Assembly: GCA_030390025.1 (NCBI GenBank) | Contig: CM059432.1 | Coordinates: 101,496,001-101,560,000, forward strand | Direction of reading: 5' to 3' | From: Squalus acanthias | Lineage: Eukaryota | DNA length: 64,000 nucleotides | Shown: positions 24,300 through 37,713 of the stretch, piece by piece | Layout: each line of letters opens with the position of its first letter | Position numbering within the stretch: the first letter of the stretch is position 1 | Program-made: the position numbers and the translations under genes | Notes under the pieces: model-generated | What the model was told of the DNA's origin: nothing | Seen by the model: the letters and a program-made list of their open reading frames with translations, nothing else | Database searches by the model: none

Positions 24300-25594
24300 G
24301 GCCCTGAATTACCTTGCTGTCTGTTCACCAGTAGAGGGAGCTACAAGCAAGTTTCCTGGGGGTTAAGTTAATTTAAAGATATTCCTGGTGCAACTTGGGT
24401 ACCGAGGGGCATTGCCCAAGTAGAGGAAGTCAGCTGCTGTGTGAAAGAGGGTGTCCATTATCCGCATGATATGCACTCTGACAGCTCCTTGGTGATTGTT
24501 GCACAGATGACTTGTGACAGCCTGGAATGATGTGGAGCTGTACAAGTTATATAGGATTACATAGGATATACGGCACAGAAACAGGCCATTCGGCTCAACC
24601 AGTCCACGCCGGCGTTTATACTCCACTCGAGCCTCCTCCCATCTTTCCTCATCTAAATCTATCAGCATAATCCTCTATTCCCTTTTCCCTCATATGCTTG
24701 TCTAGCCTCCCCTTAAATGCATCTATACTATTTGCTTCAACCATTCCCTGTGGTAGCAAGTTCCACATTATCAGCACTCTTTGGGTAAAGAAGTTTCTTC
24801 TGAATTCCCTATTAGATTTCTTGGTGACTATCTTATATTGATGGCCTCTAGTTAAGCTCTTCCCCACAAGTGGAAACATTCTCTCTGTATCCACTCTATC
24901 AAAATTTTTCATAATTTTAAAGACCTCTATTGGGTCACCCCTCAGCCTTCTTTTTTCAAGAGAAAAGAGACCCAGCTTGTTCAAGTTGATGGCTGCTGTC
25001 ACTTTAATTACCACGGAAAGAGCCACTGTGGTAGTGGAGCAAGTTTTCAAATCTACATGGTGAAGTGGGTAAAGGTGGCATCCTTGGAGAAGCGCAACCG
25101 GCAGATGCGCAGCTCTTCAGAGAGGTCCTTCTAGGATGAGTGTGGCGTGTACACACTTTGGGGAGGGTAATACCTGGTGGGTTGCTGTCCTCAGCCAGAC
25201 TGCCTGATTCACCTGGCCTGGACATGCTGCTGATGCAACTCCTCCTCCATTTAATGGCATAGAATGGTATGCCCATGGGGAACGCCATTCCTTGTCCAAA
25301 GTCAATCTCAGTTTGGGTTTGGGATTGGGGGAAAGTCAGAGTATTTTTTCGGGTATAAGCTTACTCTTCGCGTAGCGACGACATTAACCCAGGAAACTTC
25401 TGTGTACTTGAGCAATGGAGCTATGTAAATGAGCCAAGGGGCTTTGATGGGCTTAAAGTTTGTACTGTTAAAATGATTGCAGAATCTTGCATTTAGCATA
25501 ATAATGGCCTAAATTTACCCAAATGCACTAAAACACAAATTTGCACAACCTTCCACTGCAATAACAGCTGAAGCTAGCAAGGAAATTCAGGACC
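24300..25594. mobile_element. Possible old Harbinger-type element interrupted by CR1
   Basis: GGCCCTGAATT ... AATTCAGGACC inverted termini; TSD not matched. Confidence 0.35.
24550..24985 (-). mobile_element. CR1 LINE 3' fragment
   Basis: LNKLGLFSLEKRRLRGD...NFFTQRV..WNLLP plus 3' UTR. Confidence 0.9.
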
Positions 25595-25869
25595 AATGCT
25601 TTCACACACTCCCAAAAATGCAGTGTTATGTCTCCACCACCCCTCTGAACTCTCAATTGTAGGTACAACATTGATACTGCAGGCCAGCATCTCCAAATAC
25701 ATTTTAATGACTAACTTTATTTAACAGAGATATGGTTTATATTTGCTCAAGTTTGGATCTATATTTTCTTCAAAGTCCAACTAAGTGTAGTTTGAAATAA
25801 AGTATAGGTCATGACAAGACAGCATCCATTGTGTGTGCCTACTGTCAATATACCAAAAGAAAAAAAAGA

Positions 25870-27020
25870 TTGATCTTTCATTTACATAGCTCGTTTCACA
25901 TCATTAGGACATCCTAAAGTGTTTCACAGCCAATTAAGTATTTTGAAGTGTATGCACTATTGAAATGTAGGGAAACCCAGCAGCTAATTGGTACACAGCA
26001 AGGTCCAACAAACAGCAATGAGATCAATTACCAGATCATTTGTTTTTGGTGGTGTTGGGTGAGGGATAAATATTGGCCAGGACACCTTTCCCTGCTCTTC
26101 TTTGAATAATGCAATGGCATTCTTTGGGGGTGATTTTGCCGATGGGGGCGCGTTGGAGGCGGGACTGCTGCTTGTCGGGTTTTAGTCCCACCTCCATCGA
26201 CTTGTGGCCAACCCACGCTATTTTCCCTTGATTGACCTTGTTAAGCCCGCCCAGTGGGCTTAGCAGGCCAATTAAGGGAAAGCCGGAGACAGAGAACGTC
26301 AGCGTATGACGTTTCATCTGTCAAAAATTCTTTGAGAAGCTGTCAAACACTGACATTCTCTGTTGTTTGGTGAGTTCCTATACTCAAGGCTCACCAAACC
26401 TATTTCCTGAGCAGAAAACAGATGGCTATTGCATCGGAGAATGCAGCAGCCTTTCTGTCATCTCTGCCGTGGAGATGCCGGAGCCTCCGGATCCCCAACG
26501 ATTGAAGCCTGCAGGAAGAAACAAAGGTAAGTAAACTTTTTCTAACACTTTTCACTCACCTCACATATTTACCTCTCCACACTTGCACCCATCACTCACC
26601 TCCACAACGCACTTTTGGACCGCTCTCACTCCCGCAGACCCACTGCTCGCCTCGCTGACCCTGGCGGGGTTTCCCGACGTTGGGAAGCCCGCACCTCTGT
26701 TGGAAAAATGGGGATAATCCTCTTAACTGCCTGTTAACTACCTGTTAACAGGCAATTAAGTGGCTGTAATCCCCTTCCCGTCTCCAGGAGACAGGACCCC
26801 CGCCTCCCCAGGCCTGGCAAAATCGCCCCCTATGTGTCCATCTGAGAGGGCAGTCAGGGCCTCAGTTTAACATCTCACCCGAAAGAAGGCACCTCCAAAG
26901 GTACTGCACCCCGTCAGTACTAAAGTCAGCCTGGATTATGTGTTCAAGTCTCTGGAGTGGGTCTTGAATACAGGACCTTCTCACTCAGAAATGTGGCCAC
27001 TGAACCAACGCTGACACTTA
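25870..27020 (-). mobile_element. tRNA-derived DeuSINE/SacSINE1-like SINE split by a Harbinger MITE
   Basis: The two halves (25870-26125, 26831-27020) rejoin into the sequence also seen at 36295-37015. tRNA-like head on the minus strand near 26960-27015. Confidence 0.75.
26126..26830 (+). mobile_element. Harbinger non-autonomous derivative (subfamily B)
   Basis: TIR GGGGGTGATTTTGCC / GGCAAAATCGCCCCC. Closely similar to 53345-54181. Confidence 0.88.
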
Positions 27021-27359
27021 CAAATCAAAGAACACAGAGATGGATTCTTTTTTGCAGCAGCAGGTTTATAAATCCCTCTGATATTTTCTAACTCTAAAGA
27101 TAAATGCGTATTTAGGGTAATCAAACAGTTTTGGTTGATTCATATGTTATATTCCAGGCAGATTTAATCAGTCATTAGTTACGTGTAGGAGTGCCTGCGG
27201 CTAATAAGTTTCCAGCTTCTTTCAAATGTTATTTTAAACACAAATTGTACGTGCAAACCACCAATTCTAGGTGTATTAGTACAGTTACTGATGTCTTAGT
27301 TGTGTTTTTGATGCCCAGCAGCTCCAAGAGAAAACTGAATAAAACATTGATATAATTTG

Positions 27360-28890
27360 TGGTCTTCACGGCCAGCCCCTCAGCCTTGCCATCTCCCGTG
27401 ACCTGTCTAGTCCTACGGTCTCTATCGCAGACAAGGCCATCTCAGACCACTTCCTTGTATACCTCAGCTCCAACAAGTGCAAGAAGCGCGTGGACTTCTT
27501 TGTCACTAAGATTGAGACCATCTGTTCTACTATCTCTGCTGCTTCCCCCTTCCCTTTGCCCAACAAACCAACCTTCCCCTAGGCTCCTCTCGCCCTAGTC
27601 CTGAACCTGTGTCTCTCTCTAGTTTCTCTCCCATCTGCCCTTATGCCCTCTCCATCTTATCAATAAGACCCACACACTGCTCCTAGAACCCCATTCCCAC
27701 TAAACAGCTGACCACCCAATTCCATGCCTGCCCCCATGCTATCTGACATTGTAAATGGTTCCCTCTGCTCAAGTACTGTTTCCTTCCTTTTCAAAACTGC
27801 CGTCATCACCCCCCTAAAAAAAATCCTCAACTGCTCTGTTCTTCTAAACTACTGCCCCATCTTCAACCTCCCTTGCACCTGCAAAGTTCTTGAATGCCAT
27901 GCTGTCTCCCAAATCCATGCCCATCTTTCCCACAACTCCATTTTTGAATCTCTCCATTCATGTTTCCATCCCCGCCAGCACTGAAACGGCCCTGACCAAA
28001 ATCACAAATGACATCATCGTCCTCTTGCAGCCTTTTACACAGATGGCTGAGCCATCCTTCTCCAACACCTTTCCTCTAGTGTCCAGCTGCCTGGGATTGT
28101 CCTCGCTTGGTTCCATTCTTACCTATCTAATTAGAGCCAGAGCATCTCCAACAATGACTTCTATTCCCACCCCAAACCATTACTTCTGGAGTTCGCCAAG
28201 GATCTTTCCTTGGCCCCCTCCACTTCCTCATCTACATGCTGGCCCTCTCTCAATCCCTTCATTGCCTCTATGTTGTCAGACTGGTTGGCTGATAGCCAGC
28301 TGTGGATCTGCCTCATTTTTCTCCAGTTGATACACTGGGAAGACTGAAACCACATTCTTCGGCCCCCACCACAAACTCCGTACCCTTATCACCAATTGCA
28401 TCCTCCTTCCTGGCCATTGTCTCAGGCTGAACCAGACTGTTGACAATGCTATTCGATCCTGAGCTGAGCGTCTGACCCATTACCCTCTCCACCACATAGA
28501 CCGCTGACTTCCACCTCTTTAACACTGTCCTCTTCCACCCCTGTCTCATTCCATCTGGCACTAAAACTGTCATCCATGCCTTTGTCCCCTCAAGACTCAA
28601 CTATTACAATATTCTCCTGGCCAGTCTCCCATCTTCCACCCTCTGTAAATGTGATTTAATCCAAAACCTGCTGCCTGTATCCTATCTCGCAACAGGTGCC
28701 ACTCATCTATTACCCCTGACCTCACTGACCCACAGTTCCCTAATGCCTCCAATTTAAAACACATCCTCATGTTTAAATTCCTTTGTCATCTTCTCTATCT
28801 CTGTAACCTCCTTCAGCCCTACATCCACCCCTGAACTTTGGAATGTTTTTTACATTAAAGGAGCAATATAAATGCAAGTTGTTGTTGTTC
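27360..28890 (+). mobile_element. L2 LINE, degenerate RT region to 3' tail
   Basis: Remnants PIPTK, FKTAVITP, NYCPIFNLP, STETALTKITND and tail ATATAAATGCAAGTTGTTGTT. Confidence 0.8.
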
Positions 28891-31800
28891 TCAGGGTTTG
28901 CTACATACAATTGGTTGAAGTCAAGAAAAATTTATAGGCATGACTGGAGAAAGATAGTAGTTATACCATTCAACTTTAGCTAATAACTTAAATTCTAAAT
29001 CCACATAGGCCTGGAAAAGAAAAGTAAAATCCAGATCACTGAGGTACGATAAAGTCACTTTTGAAATTAGATTGCTAAACTATATATGCTGTATATGCCA
29101 GTTGTTCTTGTCAGAGGCACAGAAATATTGTCTGATTTTATTAGCAGTATAAGCCTCCACGTAATGTTCTGTGGCTGCATTGGCAGCTGCTTTCGAAAAT
29201 GGCTTACTCCCTTGCCAGTCTAGAAATTGCATCTCAAGACTAGGCTTTTACTTTGGCATGATTCGGTAATAGGCATTTACATGTACTACCAGTTAAAAAA
29301 AGTGGCAAAAATCATGATGAAGTTCAAATATGTATGGAAATATAGGCTGCACTAGAATCACCCAAGTGGCATGTCACACCAATGCTGGATGACATCACTG
29401 CATGTTATTAAATGGATCATATATGTTCTCTAAATTAAATCTAAAATCTGGATATCAAAAGAATGAATGCAGCTCGAAAAGCTGTTACATCATAACATTT
29501 TCCACTCACATTGGTATGAAATGACACAAAAGATTAAACTTTGGTATTTCATCTACCACTGAGATATTACAGATTGTTATCTGGCAAGCGATAGAAGGCT
29601 TCCTGGTGTCTTGAACGTATTATATTATGTGAACATAGTCAAGTGAAGCATGATGCTCGATTAAGGACTCCACAAACATATAGATTTGATGAGCTGGTCC
29701 ATCAAGCCTGCTCCACACTATGATGGTGGAGCATTGTGACTAAACACTTCTTTCCCCCAACCACCCACCCCACCTCAACTCACACCCACCCCCGCAGCCA
29801 TGTAATCTCCTGGGAGAGGAAAAAAACAGAGAAATAAACTAGTCCAGGAGGCACTTCGATGAAAAGTCTAGAAAAAAAAAGGTATTAGGCTTACTTGTGA
29901 ATCTTTTGGTATAGAATTTGGAGAGTTTCATGTCAGGACTATCACCAGACTGAAAGGTGGAAGCTTCAATAAATTAGCTTCTCTGCACTCATAGAACCAC
30001 AGCAAACTCAATAATGAAGATGAGGAAACTCTGAAGTCCTGCATGGCTTGCCAGGTAACACAAGTTGAAAAGCAGGATGATCTGAATCAGAAGAATGATA
30101 AACAGCCTCCATTAAAATAGCACAGAGAGGAATTTCAGGTATGATTTTTGCGCTGCAAACTGCTGGAAATGCGATTTTATAATGGCAAAGCAACGTCAAC
30201 GGGGCATCTAGCATCTCCTGAATGTCAGGCCAATGGTCTCTCTCCTTAACCAATGAAATTTAAGGGTAGAAAAAGAAACAGAGTAAATAACAGACAAGGA
30301 AATAGGGTGAATTACAATCAAATTAGATACAGAAAGAGAAAGGGCTGAATTTTGCTGGCGCTCAGAGTGTAGGTTTGGAGGCGGGTCCGCTGTTAAAATA
30401 AAGACCTGCATTTCTATAGCATCTTTCATGACCTCAGGATGTACCAAAGTTTTGCGCAGCCAATTAATTACTTTGTTTCCTGAAGTCTAGTCACTGTTGT
30501 AATGTAGAAAACGCAGCCAAATTACACACAGAAAGCTCCCACAAACAGCAATGCAATAATAACATAAGAAATAGGAGCAGGAGTAGGCCATTCCTTTAAT
30601 ATCCAAAACTCTGTCTCGATTATTCTTAATGACTGAGCATCCACAGCTCTCTGGGGTAGAGAATTCTAAAGATTCACAACCCTTTGAGTGAAGAAATTTC
30701 TCCTCATCTCAGTCCTAAATGGCCGACCCCTTATTCTGAGACTGTGACCCCTTGTTCTAGACTCACCAGCCGGGTGAAACATCCTCCCTGCATCTACCCT
30801 GTCAAGAATTTTATATGTTTCAATGAGATCGCCTCTCATTCTTCTAAATTCTAGGGAATATTGGCCTAGTCTACTCAATCTCTCCTCATAGGATAATCCC
30901 CCCATCTCAGGAATCAGTCTAGTGAACCTTTGTTGCACTCTATCTAAGGCAAGTATATCCTTCCTTAGGTAAGGAGACCAAAACTGTACACAGTACTCCA
31001 GGGTGGTCTCACCAGGGCCCTATATAATTGCAGTAAGACTTCTTTACTCTTATACTCCAATCCTTTTGTAATAAAGGCGAACATACCATTTGCTTTCCTA
31101 ATTGCTTGCTGTACCAGCATGTTAACTTTCAGTGATTTGTGTACAAGGACACCTAGGTCCCTCTGAATACCAACATTTCTCAATATCTCATCATTTAAAA
31201 AATGTTCTGTTTTTCTATTTTTTCTACCAAAGTGGATAACTTCACATTTCTCCACATTATATTCCATTTGCCATGTTCTTGCCCACTCACTTAACCTGTC
31301 TATATCCCTTTGCAGCCTCTTTGCGTCTTCCTCAAAACTTACTTTCCCACCTAGCTTTGTATCATCAGCAAACTTGGATACATTATACTCAGACCCCTCA
31401 TCTAAGTCCTTAATATAGATTGTAAATAGCTGAGGCCCAAGCACTGATCCTTGCGGTACCTCACTGATTAAAGCCTGCCAACATGAAAATCACCTGTGTA
31501 TTCCTACTCTCTGCTTTCTGTTTGTTAACCAATTCTCAGTCCATGCTAATATATTACCCCCAATCCCAAGAGCCCTACTTTTATGTAATAACCTCTTGTG
31601 TGGCTCCTTATTGAATGCTTTCTGAAAATCCAAATACACCACATCCACTGGTTCCCCCTTATCCAACCTGCTAGTTACAACCTCAAAAAGATCAAACAGA
31701 TTTGTCAAATATGATTTCCCTTTCATAAATTCGTGTTGACTCTGTCCAATCATATTGTGATTTTCTAAGTGCCCTGTTACCACGTCCCTAATAATAGATT

Positions 31801-32170
31801 ATTCTAGTATTTTCCCTACTACTGATATCAGGCTAACTGGTCTACAGTTCCCTGTTTTCACTCTCCCTCCTTTCTTGAATAGCAGGATTGCATGTGCTAC
31901 CTTCCAATCTGCAGGGACCATTCTAAAATCTAGGGAATTCTGAAAGATCAAAACCAATGCAGCCACTTTCCCTGCAGCCACCTCCTTTAAAACCCTAGAT
32001 GTAGACAATCAAGTCCAGGGGATTTGTCGGCTTTTAGTCCCATTCATTTCTCCAGTACTATTTCTTTACTAATACTAATCTTTTTGAAGTCCTTCATTCT
32101 CACTAGACCCTTGGATCCCCACAATTTCCAGAATGTTTTTTGTGACTTCTTCCAAGAAGACAGATACAAA

Positions 32171-35100
32171 GGCCGGAATTTTCTGGGGGGTCAGCGGGCG
32201 GGATTGATGGTGGGTCGAGTGGGAAATGTAATATCTTTGACAGTGGACCCCTCTGTCAACCCACCGCCACGCGCTTTTCCACATATCGGATCTGTCAGCG
32301 CTGAGCAGACCCGACAGGCAGCGGCAGGCGACTCAATTCAGATAATTAGTGGCTTGTTTAGAGCCACATAAGAATGATTTTCAGCTTACCTTTTGCATTT
32401 GACCGCTCACCCATGGGGTCCACGCTGGTCATGGACCACGTCTGTCAAGCTGAGGCGGGAGTTCAGTGGCCATCGAATCAGCTGTTGAGTTGACAGCTTC
32501 AAATGTAAAGTAAAAGCTCCCACCTTACAGAGATATCTTCCCTCAGCCACAAGCTCTTCCTCACTGCATTTCCACAACAGATTCACCATGCTGCAAGTCT
32601 TTAAACAAGTCTCCATCCAGTCTGACCTCATTACCTCTCGCTTCTGTCATCTCTACTTCACCTGCCATCTATTCCATCAACATGGGGTCCCTTTATACTC
32701 TCCCACCTTGGTCCTCAGAATCCCACCACGATCAGCCCAACACCAGCAGCACTAGGTGCACCAGCAGCACCAACAACAACACCAACCTTCTCCACAATCA
32801 ACTGATGCTGCACAGGACAGAGGGCATCAGCACTCGATGACATTGCTGCCTGGGAGGCCAGGGATAGCCTCACCATGGCCACATTTACTTCACTTGACGC
32901 TGTACACCCTGACTGCCACATGATGCACCAGGTTGGCACCACCCCACACCAACACCATAAAGCATCCCAACAATGTCCATGCCATTCCTTTCACACTCAT
33001 CACCATTGCGGGGGTATGGTTATGTCTCACCATTCACTGCAACTCACTAAGCCACTTCCAAAGGTGCACACAAATCTGTCCAAGAATGCAAAGTCAAAGG
33101 AGGAAGCTTATAAAGTTGCCAGAAAAAGCGGGCAGCCTGAGGATTGGGATCTTTTTAGAAATCAGCAAAGGGGGACCAAGAAATTGATAAAGAAAGGGAA
33201 AATGGAATATGAGCACAAACTAGCGAAAAACATAAAAATTGATTGTAAAAGCTTCTATAGGTATGTGAAAAGGAAAAGACTGGCGAAGGTAAATGTAGGT
33301 CCTTTACAGTCAGAGACGGGGGAATTTATAATGGGGAATGAGGAAATGGCGGAGAAATTAAAGAAATACTTTGTTTCTCTCTGGAGGAAGACACAAAAAA
33401 CCTCCCAGAAATACGAGAAAACCAAGGGTGTGGCGAGAATGAGGAACTTAAAGAAATTATTATTAGTAAAAAAACAGTACTAGCAAAATTAATGGGACTA
33501 AAAGTTGATAAATCCCAAGGACCGGATGACCTACATCCTAGGGTTTTGAAAGAGGTGGCCATTGGAATAGTGGACGCATTGGTTGTCATCTTCCAAAATT
33601 CTATAGATTCTGGGATGGTTCCTGCAGATTGGAAGTTAGCAAATGTAACCCTCGCTATTTAAGAAAGGAGGGAGAGAGAAAACGGGAAACTACAGACCTG
33701 TTAGCCTCACATCAGTAGTTGGGAAAATGCTGGAATCTATTATAAAGGATGCAATAACTGGGCACTTAGAAACTAATGGTAAGATTGGGCAGAGTCAACA
33801 TGGATTTATGAAAGGGAAGTCCTGTTTGACACCTATTGGAGTTCTTTGAGGATGTAACTAGTGGAGTAGACAAAGGGGAACCGGTAGATGTGGTGTATCT
33901 GGATTTTCAGAAGGCCTTCGATAAGGTCCCACACAAGAGGTTGGTGAACAAAATTAGGGCACATGGAATTGGGGGTAATATACCAGCATGGATTGAGAAT
34001 TGGTTAACAGACAGAAAACAAAGAGTAGGGATAAACGGGTCTTTTTCAGGATAGCAGGCTGTGACTAGTGGGGTACCGCAAGGATCGGTGCTTGGGCCCC
34101 AGCTATTCACAATCTATATCAATGATTTGGATGAGGGGACTAAATGTAACATTTCCAAATTTGCTGATGACACAAAGCTAGGTGGCAGTGTCAGTTACGA
34201 AGAGGATGTGAAGAGGCTTCAAGGAGATCTCGACAGGCTCAGTGAGTGGGCGAGAACATGGCAGATGGAATATAATGTGGATAAATGTGAAGTTATCCAC
34301 TTTGGTAGAAAAACAGAAAGGCAGAGTATTTCCTAAATGGTGAAAGATTGGGGAATGCAGATGCTCAAAGGGACCTGGGTGTCCTTGTACATCAGTCACT
34401 GAAAGTGAATGTGCAGGTGCAGCAAGCCATTAGGAAGGCAATTGGTATGCTGGCCTTCATTACAAGAGGATTTGAGTACAGGAGTAAAGAAGTCTTACTC
34501 CAGTTATATAGGGCCTTGGTGAGACCACACCTGGAGTACTGTGTACAATTTTGGTCTCCTTACCTAAGGAAGGACATACTTGCCATAGAGGGAGTGCAAC
34601 AAAGGTTCACGAGATTGATTCCTGGGATTGCGGGACTGTCGTATGAGAAGAGATTGAGTAAACTAGGCCTGTATTCTCTTGAATTCAGAAGAATGAGAGG
34701 GGATCTCATTGAAGCATACAAAATTATTGCAGGGCTTGATAGGATGGATGCTGGGAGAATGTTTCCCTTAGCTGGGGAGTCTAGAACCAGGGGCCACAGC
34801 CTCAGGATAAAGGGTAGGCCATTCAGGACTGAGATGAGAAGAAATTCCTTCACACAGAGGGTGGTGAATCTTTGGAATTCTCTACCCCAGAGGGCTATGG
34901 AGGCTCAGTCATTGGGTATGTTCAAAACAGAAGTCAATAGATTTCTGACTAGTAAGGGCATCAAGGGATATGGCGATAGGGCCGGTGAATGGAGTTGAGG
35001 CAGAAGATCAGCCATGATCTCATTGAATGGCGGAGCAGGCTCGAAGGGCCGAATGGCCTACTCCTGCTCTTATTTCTTATGTTCTTATGTTGATAATAAA

Positions 35101-35486
35101 GGTTTCAATTTTTGACACCACATTAAGAGAAACTTTACATGAACATTGCATAAAACACCCAAGTCATGGGAGAGCCTGGGTGCAGCCCTGCACCTTTGTG
35201 CAGTTATTTTCAGTATTTGCCGCACCTCAAGCTGTAGAACACTGACAGCACAAATGTCAAAATAAAGTTGGCCGCGATCCCTTTAAAGAAACCGGCTGAT
35301 GACGCGTCATCAAATGACATCACCAGACCCGCCTCTTCTAATTGGCCGGGAAACGCGCTGGGCGAGCTTAACAAGCCCAATCAAAGGAAATTCATTTCAC
35401 AGAGCGGGATTGAGCCAGAAGTGGGGTCGGGACCCGTCATCAATGTTGCCTGCCACGGACCCGCCGAGGTCAGCAAAATTGTGGCC
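32171..35486 (-). mobile_element. Harbinger deletion derivative, split by a CR1
   Basis: GGCCGGAATTTT...AAAATTGTGGCC with TSD AAA. Transposase 5' remnant ATGGGGTCCCTTTATACTCTC at ~32682 is homologous to the 3584 start. Confidence 0.85.
33090..35090 (+). mobile_element. CR1 LINE, 5'-truncated RT region + 3' tail
   Basis: [25 protein letters not shown] and (TTCTTATG)n tail; a few frameshifts and a stop. Confidence 0.93.
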
Positions 35487-36385
35487 AAAGTATTTGTTTA
35501 ATGTCTCTGCCATTTCCTTATTCCCCATTATAATTTCTCCTGTCTCTGCCTATAAGGGACCCATGTTTACTTTCACTAATCTCTTTTTACCTACCTATAG
35601 AAGCTTTTACAATCTGTTTTTTTGTCTCTTGCTAGTTTATACTCATATTCTCGTTTCTCTCTCTATCAAAATCTTATTCCTCCCTTAGTGGTTTCTAAAA
35701 TTCTCCTAATCCTCAGGTTTACTATTCTTTTTGGCAACATTACAAACCTCTTTCTTTAATCTAATACCATCTTTAACTTCTCTTGTTAGCCACGGTTGGA
35801 TCGTTTTTCCCCAGGGGGTTTTATTCCTTAAGGGAATGTATATTTGTTGTAAATTATGAAGTATTTCTTTAAATGATTGCCATTGCTTATCTACCATCAT
35901 ATCTATTAATCTAGTTTCCCAACCTACCTTAGGCAACTTGCCTTTCATACCTACATAGTTTGCTTTGTTCAGATTTAAGACCCTAGTTTCGGACTTAACA
36001 CAATCACTCTCAAACCCAAAGTAAAATTTGATCATATTATGATCACTGCTCCTCAGAGACTCCTTTACTACAATGTTATTAATTAACCCTGTCTCATTGT
36101 CCAATACTGGATCTAAAATTCCTTAGTTGGTTCCTCGATATACTGATCTACTAACTTGAATACATTCCATGGACTCGTCCTCTTCACTATTACTGCATAT
36201 TTGGTTTGCCCTGTCTATATGAAAATTCAAGTCCCACATGATTATTGTATTACCCTTGTTACAGGCACCTCAAATTTCCTGATTTATACTGAAAAGATAA
36301 TATTTTTTAGTGGTGTTGGTTGAGGGATAAATGTTGGCCAAGACACAGGGGATAACTCCCCTCCTCTTCTTCAAAATAGTACCAT

Positions 36386-36825
36386 GGGCAACACGGTGGC
36401 ATAGTGGTTAGCACTGGTGCCTCACAGCGCCAGAGACCCGGGTTCGAATCTGGCCTCGGGTGACTGTCTGTGTGGAGTTTGCACATTCTCCCCGTGTCTG
36501 CGTGGGTTTCCTCCGGGTGCTCCGGTTTCCTCCCACAGTCCAAAAATGTGCGGGTTAGGTTGATTTGGCTATGATAAATTGACCCTTAGTGTTAGGGGGG
36601 GATTAAATATGTGGGGTTACAGGGATAGGATGGGATATGTTAGGGGGAATTAAATACGGGGATAGGGTGGGATATGTGTTGGTGCAGGCTCGATGGGGAT
36701 TCTGTGTGAGAAAGCAGGGACAGGGTACTGGATTTGGATGATCAGCCATGATCGTATTGAATGTTGGAGCAGGCTCGATGGGCCGAATGGCCTACTCCTG
36801 CTCCTAGTTTCTATGTTTCTATGTT
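36386..36825 (+). mobile_element. HE1-like V-SINE (tRNA head, V domain, CR1-derived tail)
   Basis: A box TGGCATAGTGG (36397), B box GGTTCGAATC (36441), core GTGGAGTTTGCACATTCTCCCCGTGTCTGCGTGGGTTTCCTCCGG, tail GATCAGCCATGATC...TTTCTATG. Confidence 0.88.
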
Positions 36826-37713
36826 TTATGTCCATCTGAGAGGGAAGATGGGGCCTCAGTTTAACAGCTCATCCAAAAGGCGGCACCTCTAGCAGTGCAG
36901 CACTACCTCAGTACTTTAAAGGAGTGTCAGCCTGGATTATGTGTTCAAGTCTCTGGAGTGGAATTTGAACTCACAACCTTCTGAGAGGCAAAAGTGCTAC
37001 CAACTGAACCACAGCATTATTCTTGCAGCAATAATGTAGCAAAATAAGGTTGTGAATTTTGTGGGGTTTTTTCAAACCCCTATTATACTCTAAAATAACA
37101 GAAATTAATTTTCATTTTGGGCTAATTGGCATGGCTCCGAGGGATATCACAGCTGTGTAATGTTGTTACTTATTTAACAGTATTTTGGAAGTTGAATTTT
37201 CTACGATATGCCCATTTGGTTCAGAATTTATTTTTCTCCAGAACAATATGCAGCTTTCTTACTTGTACATTATGTAGCTTAATCCCCCATGGTCAGGATC
37301 ATGGTAGAGTGGAGTCCAATTGATTTTATAAGACAATATATTGCAATTTAGAGGATTTTAGACTTGTAGGATGATCATTTTCGCTGAACATGATGTTCTT
37401 TGATTGAATAATGTAATGATGTAATTTTCGAACACATTTTTAGACAATTTGCTGACCACAATTTTACTATCAGTAATTTGTCTTGTTAACTCTCTTAACA
37501 TTCACTGATGAAGTAGAGCATTTCTTGAAATAAATCAAAGGAAAATGCAGCAGCGAGGAAAATCAAGTAACACTAAAAAAAAAGTTCATTCTTGTATTTT
37601 GAATTTTTATTGAATATCCCCATTCAAAGAATACGGTTTCCCAATGAGTGAACTAATCTCTTTAAAATCCAGCTGAATAAATAGATAGCTGAGAATGGAT
37701 TTAGTAGTTATAA

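Larger units (their letters stand above)
30561..36290 (-). mobile_element. CR1 LINE ORF2 + 3' tail, degenerate, split into 30561-32170 and 35487-36290
   Basis: RT motifs in minus-strand ORFs 30666-32008 and APE C-terminus in 35706-36104. GAAGACAGATACAAA|GTATTTGTTTAA is continuous across the insertion. Confidence 0.9.
30405..37015 (-). mobile_element. DeuSINE/SacSINE1-like SINE in three pieces (30405-30560, ~36295-36385, ~36825-37015); outermost layer of a nest
   Basis: The pieces concatenate to match the 25870-27020 copy. Confidence 0.75.

Noticed and set aside
36386..36460. tRNA gene
   Set aside because: The A and B boxes run directly into a SINE core and CR1-type tail.
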